From Escherichia coli (GTDB taxonomy: Bacteria; Pseudomonadota; Gammaproteobacteria; Enterobacterales; Enterobacteriaceae), in NCBI RefSeq assembly GCF_044324875.1, contig NZ_CP172185.1: 64,000 nucleotides of DNA; one strand, written 5' to 3'. The notes beneath the pieces were generated by a model that saw only the letters and a list, made by a program, of their open reading frames with translations, searched no databases and was not told the DNA's origin. Shown piece after piece: positions 39,870 to 50,054 of this stretch (position 1 is the stretch's first letter; every line of letters starts with the position of its first letter). A program made the position numbers and the translations under genes.

Positions 39870-40080
39870 ATTTGTGCCAGGGAAGAGGGTGAAAATCCCT
39901 CGCAGCCCCCGCTGCTGTAATGCTGACAAACCCGAAAATGCCACTGATCGCGAGATTGGGAAGGTCGGGTGAGGATGACGCTAAGCCAGAAGACCAGTCT
40001 GTCAGTCAATACCAACAACTTCGGTGGGAAGTGGGTTGCCCGGAAGCGTCCGGTAGAGTACTGGCGCGTCTTTATACCCC
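39870..40080 (+). promoter_or_regulatory. cobalamin (B12) riboswitch; boundaries approximate
   Basis: Contains the conserved riboswitch blocks ggtgaaaatccc, cgcagcccccgctgctgtaa, gccactg, gggaaggtcgg and the B12-box-like aagccagaagaccag. Confidence 0.65.
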
Positions 40081-40234
40081 TACCACCCTGAAAGGATCAG
40101 GGTATGGCGGCATCATTTAGTTCTTTCATCGCAGTGCCAACAGGCACCAGAGCTGCACTTAAGGTGTGGCAATCTTGTTTCATGGCTCATCAACCAGACC
40201 GCCATTACAGGAAACTAAGTGGAGGGCGAGGGAC

Positions 40235-40672
40235 ATGAAAACGATAAGACCCGAATCGATAGCTCTTTTTTGCCTCTTATCTGGAGATGCGGACCTGGCG
40301 AAACAATTGGCTGAAATATTGCCAATAACTTGTTTTGTTGGTGAGGACTGGCAGCAAGATTTCCAGCCTCTTGACGGTGGGCCTGTGCAATCGTTATCAG
40401 ATGTGTATGGCGATTATTCAGTGCTGCTATTGATAGCAGCTGAAAGCGAGATATCCGTACCAGAATGGCTCGCTCATTCTGAAGGAACGACGGTAATTGT
40501 GATTGCAGAACACAATGCCCGTTTGCTGACTGGTCCGGCTGGTGGGGCTGTAGCATTGATCCATTATCTGAATGAAATCTGTCATTCCAGAGAAACCGCT
40601 GTCAATGACGCATTTTGTCGTACGTTAACACGAGGAAGTCTGGCTATTCCGCAATGCCATCTTCTTTCGTAA
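40235..40672 (+). CDS. hypothetical protein downstream of the B12 riboswitch (possible cbi-deletion remnant); alternative start at 40166
   Basis: Open frame of 146-168 codons with protein-like composition immediately 3' of the riboswitch and 5' of cobU; no family recognised by eye. Confidence 0.3.
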   Translation: MKTIRPESIALFCLLSGDADLAKQLAEILPITCFVGEDWQQDFQPLDGGPVQSLSDVYGDYSVLLLIAAESEISVPEWLAHSEGTTVIVIAEHNARLLTGPAGGAVALIHYLNEICHSRETAVNDAFCRTLTRGSLAIPQCHLLS

Positions 40673-40805
40673 TGGATTGAGAATGCTGGATTTTTAATTA
40701 TATTACGCGCAGTATTAATCGCGTAAATGTTTTGCGGTCAGCAACGGTGGGGGATCCATTGTTCTGTTCAATGAATACCATCATACAAATGAATCAGGAG
40801 TCGGT

Positions 40806-41351
40806 ATGATGATTTTGGTGACGGGGGGCGCACGGAGCGGGAAGAGTCGCCACGCAGAGGCGCTTATTGGGGACTCTTCACAGGTTCTGTATATCGCCAC
40901 CTCGCAAATCCTTGATGATGAGATGGCTGCACGGATAGAACATCATCGGCAAGGCCGCCCGGCGCACTGGCGCACGGTGGAGCGCTGGCAACATCTTGAT
41001 GAATTAATTCATGCAGACATTAACCCGCATGAAGCTGTGTTGCTGGAATGCGTTACCACAATGGTGACTAATCTGTTGTTTGATTATGGCGGCGATAAAG
41101 ACCCTGATGAATGGGATTATCAGGCGATGGAACAGGCAATTAATGCTGAGATTCAGTTGTTGATTGCTGCCTGCCAACGTTGCCCCGCGAAGATTGTATT
41201 AGTGACTAACGAAGTGGGAATGGGGATTGTGCCGGAGAGTCGTCTGGCACGACATTTTCGTGATATTGCCGGGCGGGTAAATCAGCAGCTGGCCGCTGCG
41301 GCAAATGAAGTGTGGCTGGTGGTTTCGGGTATTGGAGTAAAAATCAAATGA
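40806..41351 (+). CDS. cobU: adenosylcobinamide kinase / adenosylcobinamide-phosphate guanylyltransferase
   Basis: 181-aa [26 protein letters not shown]... (P-loop). Confidence 0.92.
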   Translation: MMILVTGGARSGKSRHAEALIGDSSQVLYIATSQILDDEMAARIEHHRQGRPAHWRTVERWQHLDELIHADINPHEAVLLECVTTMVTNLLFDYGGDKDPDEWDYQAMEQAINAEIQLLIAACQRCPAKIVLVTNEVGMGIVPESRLARHFRDIAGRVNQQLAAAANEVWLVVSGIGVKIK

Positions 41352-42091
41352 GTAAATTATTTTGGGCGATGCTCTCTTTTATTACGCGTCTGCCTGTGCC
41401 GCGTCGCTGGTCCCAGGGACTGGATTTCGAGCATTATTCTCGCGGTATTATTACTTTTCCTTTAATTGGTTTATTGCTTGGCGCGATTAGCGGGCTGGTC
41501 TTCATGGCGTTGCAGGCATGGTTTGGCGTACCACTGGCGGCACTGTTTAGCGTACTTGTGCTGGCGCTTATGACCGGGGGATTCCACCTGGACGGCCTCG
41601 CCGATACTTGTGATGGCGTATTTTCTGCACGTAGCCGCGATCGCATGTTGGAAATCATGCGTGATAGCCGTTTAGGTACCCACGGCGGTCTGGCATTGAT
41701 TTTTGTTGTACTGGCAAAGATTTTGGTGTTAAGCGAGTTGGCTTTGCGTGGCGAACCGATCCTTGCATCGCTGGCGGCAGCATGCGCGGTCAGCCGCGGG
41801 ACTGCCGCATTATTGATGTATCGTCATCGTTATGCCCGGGAAGAAGGGCTTGGCAATGTGTTCATTGGCAAAATTGATGGGCGACAAACCTGCGTCACAC
41901 TCGGTTTAGCCGCTATTTTTGCTGCTGTATTATTGCCAGGTATGCATGGTGTGGCTGCTATGGTGGTGACGATGGTGGCGATTTTCATCCTCGGTCAGCT
42001 TCTCAAACGTACGCTGGGCGGGCAAACCGGCGATACGCTGGGAGCAGCCATAGAGCTTGGTGAACTGGTCTTCCTGCTGGCACTGCTATAA
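41348..42091 (+). CDS. cobS: cobalamin 5'-phosphate synthase
   Basis: [18 protein letters not shown]...; polytopic membrane protein. Confidence 0.9.
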   Translation: MSKLFWAMLSFITRLPVPRRWSQGLDFEHYSRGIITFPLIGLLLGAISGLVFMALQAWFGVPLAALFSVLVLALMTGGFHLDGLADTCDGVFSARSRDRMLEIMRDSRLGTHGGLALIFVVLAKILVLSELALRGEPILASLAAACAVSRGTAALLMYRHRYAREEGLGNVFIGKIDGRQTCVTLGLAAIFAAVLLPGMHGVAAMVVTMVAIFILGQLLKRTLGGQTGDTLGAAIELGELVFLLALL

Positions 42092-42102
42092 AGAGACGTG
42101 AC

Positions 42103-43182
42103 ATGCAAACACTTGCCAATTTACTGAATACGATCCCTGCCATCGATCCTGCCGCTATGTCGCGTGCACAACGGCATATTGACGGGTTACTCAAACCTGT
42201 TGGTAGCCTGGGAAGGCTGGAGGCGCTTGGCGTACAACTGGCGGGAATGCCGGGGTTGAATGGCATACCGCATGTGGGCAAAAAAGCGGTACTGGTTATG
42301 TGTGCCGATCACGGCGTCTGGGAGGAAGGGGTCGCTATTTCCCCAAAAGAAGTCACAGCCATTCAGGCTGAAAATATGACCCGCGGAACAACCGGCGTGT
42401 GTGTGCTGGCAGCACAAGCGGGCGCTAACGTCCACGTAATTGATGTTGGTATTGATACTGCTGAGCCTATCCCCGGGCTTATCAACATGCGTGTCGCACG
42501 AGGTAGCGGCAATATTGCTTCAGCTCCGGCAATGAGTCGCCGTCAGGCTGAAACGTTGCTTTTGGACGTCATATGTTATACGCGGGATCTGGCAAAAAAC
42601 GGTGTCACGCTGTTTGGTGTAGGTGAATTGGGGATGGCAAACACGACACCGGCAGCGGCGATAGTGAGCACAATCACTGGCCGGGCTCCTGAAGAAGTGG
42701 TTGGGATTGGCGCAAACCTGCCGACAGATAAACTGGCTAATAAAATTGATGTTGTGCGACGGGCGATTACGTTGAATCAACCAAATCCGCAGGATGGCGT
42801 TGATGTCCTGGCAAAAGTGGGTGGATTTGATTTGGTCGGAATGGCTGCCGTGATGTTAGGCGCTGCGTCCTGCGGTTTACCGGTGTTGCTGGATGGATTT
42901 CTTTCTTATGCTGCTGCGCTCGCAGCCTGCCAGATGTCTCCTGCAATCAAACCGTATCTCATTCCTTCTCACCTGTCGGCAGAAAAAGGGGCGCGTATAG
43001 CGCTGTCACATTTGGGGCTGGAGCCTTATCTCAATATGGAGATGCGTTTAGGTGAGGGGAGTGGCGCAGCTCTGGCGATGCCCATCATCGAAGCTGCTTG
43101 TTCGATATACAACAACATGGGCGAACTTGCTGCCAGTAATATTGTTCTACCGGGGAATACGACTTCTGATTTGAACAGTTAA
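42103..43182 (+). CDS. cobT: nicotinate-nucleotide:dimethylbenzimidazole phosphoribosyltransferase
   Basis: 359-aa [43 protein letters not shown]... Confidence 0.92.
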   Translation: MQTLANLLNTIPAIDPAAMSRAQRHIDGLLKPVGSLGRLEALGVQLAGMPGLNGIPHVGKKAVLVMCADHGVWEEGVAISPKEVTAIQAENMTRGTTGVCVLAAQAGANVHVIDVGIDTAEPIPGLINMRVARGSGNIASAPAMSRRQAETLLLDVICYTRDLAKNGVTLFGVGELGMANTTPAAAIVSTITGRAPEEVVGIGANLPTDKLANKIDVVRRAITLNQPNPQDGVDVLAKVGGFDLVGMAAVMLGAASCGLPVLLDGFLSYAAALAACQMSPAIKPYLIPSHLSAEKGARIALSHLGLEPYLNMEMRLGEGSGAALAMPIIEAACSIYNNMGELAASNIVLPGNTTSDLNS

Positions 43183-43246
43183 AAACGAAAAGTCTGATAA
43201 AAGCTATACTTAACCGATAGCTTTCGCGACTTAGGAAAGGGACATG

Positions 43247-44179
43247 ATGCGTCGTGTAAATATTTTTTGCTCATTTGCTCTACTTTTTGCCAGCCATAAT
43301 AGCCTGGCGGTAACTTATCCATTACCTCCAGAGGGTAGCCGTTTAGTGGGACAATCGCTTACTGTAACTGTTCCTGATCACAATACCCAGCCGCTGGAGA
43401 CTTTTGCCGCACAATACGGGCAAGGGTTAAGTAACATGCTGGAAGCGAATCCGGGCGCTGATGTTTTCTTGCCGAAGTCAGGCTCGCAACTCACCATTCC
43501 GCAGCAACTGATTTTGCCCGCCACTGTTCGTAAAGGGATTGTGGTTAACGTCGCTGAGATGCGTCTTTATTACTACCCACCAGACAGTAATACTGTGGAG
43601 GTTTTTCCTATTGGTATCGGCCAGGCTGGGCGAGAAACCCCGCGTAACTGGGTGACTACCGTTGAACGTAAACAAGAAGCACCAACCTGGACGCCAACGC
43701 CGAACACCCGGCGCGAATATGCGAAACGAGGGGAGAGTTTGCCCGCATTTGTTCCTGCGGGGCCCGATAATCCCATGGGGCTGTACGCGATTTATATTGG
43801 CAGGTTGTATGCCATCCACGGTACCAATGCCAATTTTGGTATTGGGCTCCGGGTAAGTCAGGGCTGTATTCGTCTGCGCAATGACGATATCAAATATCTG
43901 TTTGATAATGTTCCTGTAGGTACTCGTGTGCAACTTATTGATCAGCCAGTGAAATACACAACGGAACCGGATGGTTCAAAGTGGCTGGAAGTTCATGAGC
44001 CGCTGTCGCGCAATCGTGCTGAATATGAGTCTGACCGAAAAGTGCCATTGCCGGTAACCCCATCTTTGCGGGCGTTTATCAACGGGCAAGAAGTTGATGT
44101 GAATCGCGCAAATGCTGCGTTGCAACGTCGATCGGGAATGCCTGTGCAAATTAGTTCTGGTTCAAGACAGATGTTTTAA
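43247..44179 (+). CDS. ldtA: L,D-transpeptidase
   Basis: [17 protein letters not shown]... with a signal peptide, LysM-like region and YkuD catalytic motif (HGT...SQGCIRL). Confidence 0.9.
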   Translation: MRRVNIFCSFALLFASHNSLAVTYPLPPEGSRLVGQSLTVTVPDHNTQPLETFAAQYGQGLSNMLEANPGADVFLPKSGSQLTIPQQLILPATVRKGIVVNVAEMRLYYYPPDSNTVEVFPIGIGQAGRETPRNWVTTVERKQEAPTWTPTPNTRREYAKRGESLPAFVPAGPDNPMGLYAIYIGRLYAIHGTNANFGIGLRVSQGCIRLRNDDIKYLFDNVPVGTRVQLIDQPVKYTTEPDGSKWLEVHEPLSRNRAEYESDRKVPLPVTPSLRAFINGQEVDVNRANAALQRRSGMPVQISSGSRQMF

Positions 44180-44234
44180 GAGCGTTGGTAATTAGAAAGC
44201 AAAAAGCCTGCTAGAAAGCAGGCTTTTTTGAATT

Positions 44235-44310
44235 TGGCTCCTCTGACTGGACTCGAACCAGTGACATACGGATTAACAGTCCGCCGTTCTACCGACTGAA
44301 CTACAGAGGA
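44235..44310 (-). tRNA. asnV: tRNA-Asn (GUU)
   Basis: 76-nt reverse complement of tcctctgtagttcagtcggtagaacggcggactGTTaatccgtatgtcactggttcgagtccagtcagaggagcca. Confidence 0.95.
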
Positions 44311-44564
44311 ATCGTGTGAACGGGGCGCATATTAATGGCAGTGCATGGTGATGTCAAAGGGTGAAATGCATTTTTTTGTTTGTTTGCTGTCAATTTCAAC
44401 AAAGTGGTGAGCTTTCAATCTTATTGGTAATGAACCATCGTGGTGCATACCCTCCTTTTATGGGGCAGGGGAACGCGACAGCTGATAAAAAGAGCCAATG
44501 ACGAACCTATCATAATCTCTTATTTGACAGTTGGTTAGCTTGTACATCAACGCCAAAATAAAAC

Positions 44565-44580
44565 TGGCAAGCATCTTGCA
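44565..44580 (+). promoter_or_regulatory. sigma54 (-24/-12) promoter of nac
   Basis: tGGcaagcatcttGCa has the GG-N10-GC spacing of the TGGCAC-N5-TTGCA consensus, about 55 bp upstream of the nac ATG. Confidence 0.65.
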
Positions 44581-44635
44581 ATCTGGTTGTAAGTAATGGC
44601 GGCACTTGGGCCGATTCTTATAAACCGGAGGCAAC

Positions 44636-45553
44636 ATGAACTTCAGACGCCTGAAATACTTCGTAAAAATTGTAGATATTGGTAGCCTGACCCAGGCTGC
44701 TGAAGTATTGCATATCGCACAACCAGCGCTCAGTCAGCAGGTTGCCACACTGGAAGGTGAGTTAAATCAACAGCTTTTGATTCGCACAAAACGGGGCGTT
44801 ACGCCAACTGACGCCGGAAAAATTCTCTATACCCATGCGCGGGCCATTTTACGTCAGTGTGAGCAGGCCCAACTGGCGGTGCATAACGTTGGTCAGGCAT
44901 TATCGGGGCAAGTCTCGATTGGCTTTGCGCCAGGAACCGCTGCGTCATCCATCACCATGCCCTTATTACAGGCGGTTCGCGCTGAATTCCCGGAGGTCGT
45001 TATCTATCTTCATGAAAATAGCGGTGCAGTGCTTAACGAAAAACTGATAAATCACCAACTCGATATGGCGGTGATTTATGAGCATTCCCCTGTGGCTGGT
45101 GTATCCAGTCAGGCTTTACTGAAAGAAGATCTTTTTCTGGTAGGAACTCAAGATTGCCCGGGGCAAAGCGTTGATGTTAATGCTATTGCGCAAATGAACC
45201 TCTTTCTCCCCAGTGATTACAGTGCTATTAGACTTCGTGTTGATGAGGCTTTTTCCCTACGGCGACTCACGGCAAAAGTCATTGGTGAAATTGAGTCTAT
45301 TGCCACGCTTACCGCAGCGATTGCCAGCGGCATGGGCGTTGCAGTATTACCCGAATCGGCCGCGCGTTCGTTATGTGGCGCAGTAAATGGGTGGATGTCA
45401 CGCATTACCACTCCTTCCATGAGTCTCTCTTTGTCATTAAATTTACCCGCCAGAGCGAACTTATCGCCACAGGCACAGGCAGTGAAAGAGTTGTTAATGT
45501 CAGTGATGAGTTCTCCAGTGATGGAAAAAAGGCAGTGGCAATTGGTGAGCTAA
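44636..45553 (+). CDS. nac: nitrogen assimilation control protein (LysR family)
   Basis: 305-aa ORF MNFRRLKYFVKIVDIGSLTQAAEVLHIAQPALSQQV... Confidence 0.9.
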   Translation: MNFRRLKYFVKIVDIGSLTQAAEVLHIAQPALSQQVATLEGELNQQLLIRTKRGVTPTDAGKILYTHARAILRQCEQAQLAVHNVGQALSGQVSIGFAPGTAASSITMPLLQAVRAEFPEVVIYLHENSGAVLNEKLINHQLDMAVIYEHSPVAGVSSQALLKEDLFLVGTQDCPGQSVDVNAIAQMNLFLPSDYSAIRLRVDEAFSLRRLTAKVIGEIESIATLTAAIASGMGVAVLPESAARSLCGAVNGWMSRITTPSMSLSLSLNLPARANLSPQAQAVKELLMSVMSSPVMEKRQWQLVS

Positions 45554-45654
45554 GCGTTATATCGGGATGGAATAAGATGCGGGTTTTTATTATTTGTTAT
45601 GCCGGGCATTAGACTTTAACAATAACGGGATATCTGAACTGCCCGGAGTTTACC

Positions 45655-46605
45655 GTGAATTTCCAACAACTAAAGATAATCCGCGAGGCTGCACGTCAGG
45701 ATTACAACCTGACAGAGGTTGCGAATATGCTTTTTACCTCACAGTCAGGCGTCAGCCGTCACATTCGGGAACTGGAGGATGAACTTGGCATCGAAATATT
45801 TGTTCGACGAGGTAAGCGACTGCTGGGCATGACTGAACCGGGCAAAGCATTACTGGTCATTGCAGAACGCATTCTTAATGAAGCCAGTAATGTTCGTCGG
45901 CTTGCAGACCTGTTTACCAACGATACGTCTGGCGTTCTCACTATTGCAACGACGCATACTCAGGCACGTTATAGCTTGCCTGAGGTCATTAAAGCTTTTC
46001 GCGAACTTTTCCCGGAGGTTCGGCTGGAGCTAATCCAGGGTACGCCACAGGAAATTGCGACGTTGTTGCAAAATGGCGAAGCTGATATTGGTATCGCCAG
46101 CGAGCGTTTGAGTAATGACCCGCAGCTCGTCGCCTTCCCGTGGTTTCGTTGGCACCATAGTTTGCTTGTTCCACTCGATCATCCCTTGACGCAAATTACA
46201 CCGTTGACGCTGGAATCAATAGTGAAGTGGCCGTTAATCACTTACCGACAGGGGATTACGGGGCGCTCACGTATTGATGACGCATTTGCCCGCAAAGGTT
46301 TGCTGGCAGATATTGTATTAAGTGCGCAGGATTCTGATGTCATTAAAACCTATGTTGCTCTTGGGCTGGGGATTGGATTAGTTGCCGAACAATCCAGCGG
46401 CGAACAAGAGGAAGAGAATTTAATCCGTCTGGATACGCGGCATCTTTTCGATGCCAATACTGTATGGTTGGGACTGAAGCGAGGGCAACTTCAACGTAAC
46501 TATGTCTGGCGCTTTCTGGAACTTTGTAATGCAGGACTGTCAGTTGAGGATATCAAGCGCCAGGTGATGGAGAACAGTGAAGAGGAAATTGATTATCAGA
46601 TATAG
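45655..46605 (+). CDS. cbl: LysR-family regulator Cbl (sulfonate-sulfur utilisation)
   Basis: 316-aa ORF MNFQQLKIIREAARQDYNLTEVANMLFTSQSGVSRHI... Confidence 0.9.
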   Translation: MNFQQLKIIREAARQDYNLTEVANMLFTSQSGVSRHIRELEDELGIEIFVRRGKRLLGMTEPGKALLVIAERILNEASNVRRLADLFTNDTSGVLTIATTHTQARYSLPEVIKAFRELFPEVRLELIQGTPQEIATLLQNGEADIGIASERLSNDPQLVAFPWFRWHHSLLVPLDHPLTQITPLTLESIVKWPLITYRQGITGRSRIDDAFARKGLLADIVLSAQDSDVIKTYVALGLGIGLVAEQSSGEQEEENLIRLDTRHLFDANTVWLGLKRGQLQRNYVWRFLELCNAGLSVEDIKRQVMENSEEEIDYQI

Positions 46606-46642
46606 CAAAAAGCCCGCTATAAAAGCGGGCTTTTCAGAAATT

Positions 46643-46718
46643 TGGCTCCTCTGACTGGACTCGAACCAGTGACATACGGATTAACAGTCCGCCGTTCTAC
46701 CGACTGAACTACAGAGGA
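46643..46718 (-). tRNA. asnU: tRNA-Asn (GUU)
   Basis: Identical 76-nt tRNA-Asn sequence, reverse strand. Confidence 0.95.
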
Positions 46719-46878
46719 ATCGCTGTTGAGGCACATCTTAACGGCGAAAAATCTTTTGTCAAACCCGATTTTTAAATTTCCCAACTGTTTGCCGTTTCTA
46801 TCAACAGTTTGTTGCATTTGCAGACAATTTGTTGGCGAAAATCTTTGCAGCTTTGCTGATTCTCCCTCATTATTTGAA

Positions 46879-48366
46879 ATGTGGTTTCACTTTCTGCAAT
46901 TAAGGTCGGCTTTGAATATCTCCTCTGCTTTACGCCAGGTTGTTCACGGCACTCGCTGGCACGCCAAACGCAAGAGTTACAAAGTGTTGTTCTGGCGCGA
47001 GATAACCCCGCTTGCTGTTCCTATCTTCATGGAGAACGCCTGTGTCCTGTTGATGGGTGTCCTGAGCACTTTTCTGGTCAGCTGGCTGGGAAAAGATGCG
47101 ATGGCCGGCGTGGGATTGGCGGACAGCTTCAATATGGTCATTATGGCATTTTTTGCGGCTATCGATCTTGGTACCACTGTCGTTGTGGCATTTAGTCTCG
47201 GTAAGCGGGATCGACGACGAGCGAGGGTGGCGACGCGGCAGTCATTGGTGATCATGACGTTGTTTGCCGTGCTGTTGGCAACGCTTATTCATCATTTTGG
47301 CGAACAAATTATTGATTTCGTTGCGGGTGATGCCACGACAGAAGTTAAAGCACTGGCGTTGACTTATCTGGAGCTGACGGTACTCAGTTATCCAGCAGCT
47401 GCCATCACTTTGATTGGTAGTGGTGCACTTCGTGGTGCAGGGAATACGAAAATACCGCTACTGATTAACGGTAGCCTGAATATTCTTAATATTATTATTA
47501 GCGGCATATTGATTTACGGCCTTTTCTCCTGGCCGGGACTGGGATTTGTCGGGGCTGGGTTGGGTTTAACCATTTCTCGTTATATTGGCGCAGTGGCAAT
47601 TTTGTGGGTGCTGGCGATTGGTTTTAATCCTGCGCTAAGGATTTCGTTAAAGAGCTATTTTAAACCGCTGAATTTTAGCATTATCTGGGAAGTCATGGGG
47701 ATTGGTATTCCAGCAAGTGTCGAATCAGTATTATTTACCAGTGGTCGGTTATTAACCCAAATGTTCGTTGCCGGGATGGGGACCAGTGTTATTGCCGGAA
47801 ATTTTATCGCGTTTTCAATTGCGGCTCTTATCAACTTACCCGGAAGTGCGCTCGGCTCTGCTTCTACGATCATTACAGGCCGAAGGTTGGGAGTAGGGCA
47901 GATAGCGCAAGCAGAGATTCAGTTGCGGCATGTGTTCTGGCTGTCCACTCTTGGATTAACGGCCATCGCCTGGCTAACGGCTCCCTTTGCCGGGGTTATG
48001 GCATCGTTTTACACCCAGGATCCACAGGTTAAACATGTCGTTGTGATTCTGATTTGGCTAAATGCTTTATTTATGCCTATTTGGTCTGCCTCATGGGTGC
48101 TACCCGCTGGATTTAAGGGTGCTCGCGATGCACGTTACGCCATGTGGGTTTCTATGTTGAGCATGTGGGGTTGCCGGGTTGTAGTCGGTTATGTGCTGGG
48201 AATCATGCTTGGCTGGGGTGTGGTTGGTGTCTGGATGGGAATGTTTGCCGACTGGGCTGTGCGGGCCGTGCTGTTTTACTGGCGAATGGTTACTGGACGT
48301 TGGCTGTGGAAATATCCTCGACCTGAGCCGCAAAAGTGTGAAAAAAAGCCAGTTGTGTCGGAATAA
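46879..48366 (+). CDS. yeeO: MATE-family efflux transporter
   Basis: ORF from 46726; start placed at MWFHFLQLRSALNISS...; 12 predicted transmembrane segments. Confidence 0.85.
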   Translation: MWFHFLQLRSALNISSALRQVVHGTRWHAKRKSYKVLFWREITPLAVPIFMENACVLLMGVLSTFLVSWLGKDAMAGVGLADSFNMVIMAFFAAIDLGTTVVVAFSLGKRDRRRARVATRQSLVIMTLFAVLLATLIHHFGEQIIDFVAGDATTEVKALALTYLELTVLSYPAAAITLIGSGALRGAGNTKIPLLINGSLNILNIIISGILIYGLFSWPGLGFVGAGLGLTISRYIGAVAILWVLAIGFNPALRISLKSYFKPLNFSIIWEVMGIGIPASVESVLFTSGRLLTQMFVAGMGTSVIAGNFIAFSIAALINLPGSALGSASTIITGRRLGVGQIAQAEIQLRHVFWLSTLGLTAIAWLTAPFAGVMASFYTQDPQVKHVVVILIWLNALFMPIWSASWVLPAGFKGARDARYAMWVSMLSMWGCRVVVGYVLGIMLGWGVVGVWMGMFADWAVRAVLFYWRMVTGRWLWKYPRPEPQKCEKKPVVSE

Positions 48367-48466
48367 ACGACAAAGTGCAGATTATTTCAGCAAACGATTT
48401 CAAATTTAAAAAACAGGCTTTGACATTGTGGATGAGCGTCGCTAATATTCGCCTCGTTCTCACGAT

Positions 48467-48542
48467 TCCTCTGTAGTTCAGTCGGTAGAACGGCGGACTG
48501 TTAATCCGTATGTCACTGGTTCGAGTCCAGTCAGAGGAGCCA
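48467..48542 (+). tRNA. asnW: tRNA-Asn (GUU)
   Basis: tcctctgtagttcagtcggtagaacggcggactgttaatccgtatgtcactggttcgagtccagtcagaggagcca on the plus strand. Confidence 0.95.
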
Positions 48543-48996
48543 AATTTTAGTTTTGAGACATCTCTATGAGTCTCAAGACAGTTAAAAAATAAAAATTATT
48601 TTTACCCGGTTACCTTGTAAAAAGTGACCGGGTTTTTTGATTTCTGTGTTTCGTGCGCTTAATCGAGTCTCACGCTTCAGTGAGCAAATTGCCCCTCCCC
48701 AACAGACATCACGATTCGCAAGGTCAAAAACTCTGTTCCATGAAGTACCGTACAAAGACAAAGAGAAAAATGCCTTATGCGGGATGTCGCTATCGCGTCT
48801 TTATCGGGAAACTATGCGTAATTGCCACTTTGCCTTCTGTAATCAGAAAAAGAAGAACTGGAATTTTAATAAATATTATTTCTCTGGGAATGGGGGGTTT
48901 TTATAAGCAATATGACGAGTTGAATATTATATTTTTTATAAGGATTATATGAGATTAAAGAAATCTGCCATAAAGACAGATTTCTTTAAAATATAA

Positions 48997-49713
48997 TTAG
49001 AGATTTGCGACGTTATGATAAACTTTTTGAACATCGTCGTCATCTTCAAGGGCATCAACAAGCCCTTCAAAGATTTCTAAATCTTCTGGGGAAAGCTCAA
49101 CTTCAGATTGAGCAATCATTTCTAATTCTGTTGTTGAGAACTCAGTGATTCCAGCTGCTTTTAGAGCCGCGATTCCTTTATGAAGGTCAGTAGGTTCAGT
49201 ATAAATAACAATATTACCTTCTTCTTCAGTTACATCACGAACATCAACTTCAGCTTCAAGTAAAATTTCAAAAATATGGTCAGGGTCTGTTCCTTTAAAT
49301 ACAATCACACCCGTATTGTCAAACATATAGCTGACAGAGCCTGCCGCTCCGATATTGCCGCCTTTTTTATTGAAAATTGTGCGAACGTTAGCAATCGTAC
49401 GGTTAACATTTGAAGTCAATGTCTCAGCGATAATCATTGAGCCATTAGGACCAAAGCCTTCATAACGGCCCTGCACGAACGTTTCATCTCCGCCGCCTTT
49501 GGCTTTATCAATTGCTTTATCAATAACGTGCTTTGGAACTTGTGCCTGCTTTGCTCGTTCAATAACGAATTTTAAAGATGTGTTTAATTCTGGATCGGGT
49601 TCACCTTGTTTGGCAGCGGCATAGATTTCTACACCGAATTTTGCATAAATTTTAGACGTCGCACCGTCTTTAGCCGTTTTTTTAGCAACAATATTGGCCC
49701 ATTTACGTCCCAC
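48997..49713 (-). CDS. yeeN: YebC/PmpR-family transcriptional regulator
   Basis: 238-aa [47 protein letters not shown]... Confidence 0.9.
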
Positions 49714-50054
49714 TGGAATGATCTCCTCGAAAATTTATTTACATTACTGGTAAATCGTTAACATGTGTTAATTCGGCATATTATATCATAACAGGAAAAA
49801 TCTCGTCTATTAGAAATAAAAATATTCTAAAGCCATAATATTATATTTAATCTCATAAAAACTAATGTTGTTGGCGGGATTTTTTATAATTGTGTTTTGA
49901 AAGCATACTTGCTTATAATATGTGGAAATCATTAAGGCTATAATAAAACTCGTATCCGCCCCAGGAAGCAAACAGCCTGCTTTATTGCAGGCTATTTGCT
50001 GGATGACTTACTAAATCCTTCACATCTATTCCTGATAAAAAGGAACAGAACTTA

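Noticed and set aside
40166-40672. Calling this ORF a truncated cbiA or cbiP
   Set aside because: I could not recognise CbiA or CbiP motifs by eye, so it is left as hypothetical and listed as a finding needing a homology search.
44180-44330. Genomic island or integrase at tRNA-Asn asnV (and likewise at asnU, asnW, asnT)
   Set aside because: The sequence adjacent to each tRNA 3' end is a short spacer followed by a housekeeping gene or promoter; no integrase-like ORF or direct repeat of the tRNA 3' end was found.
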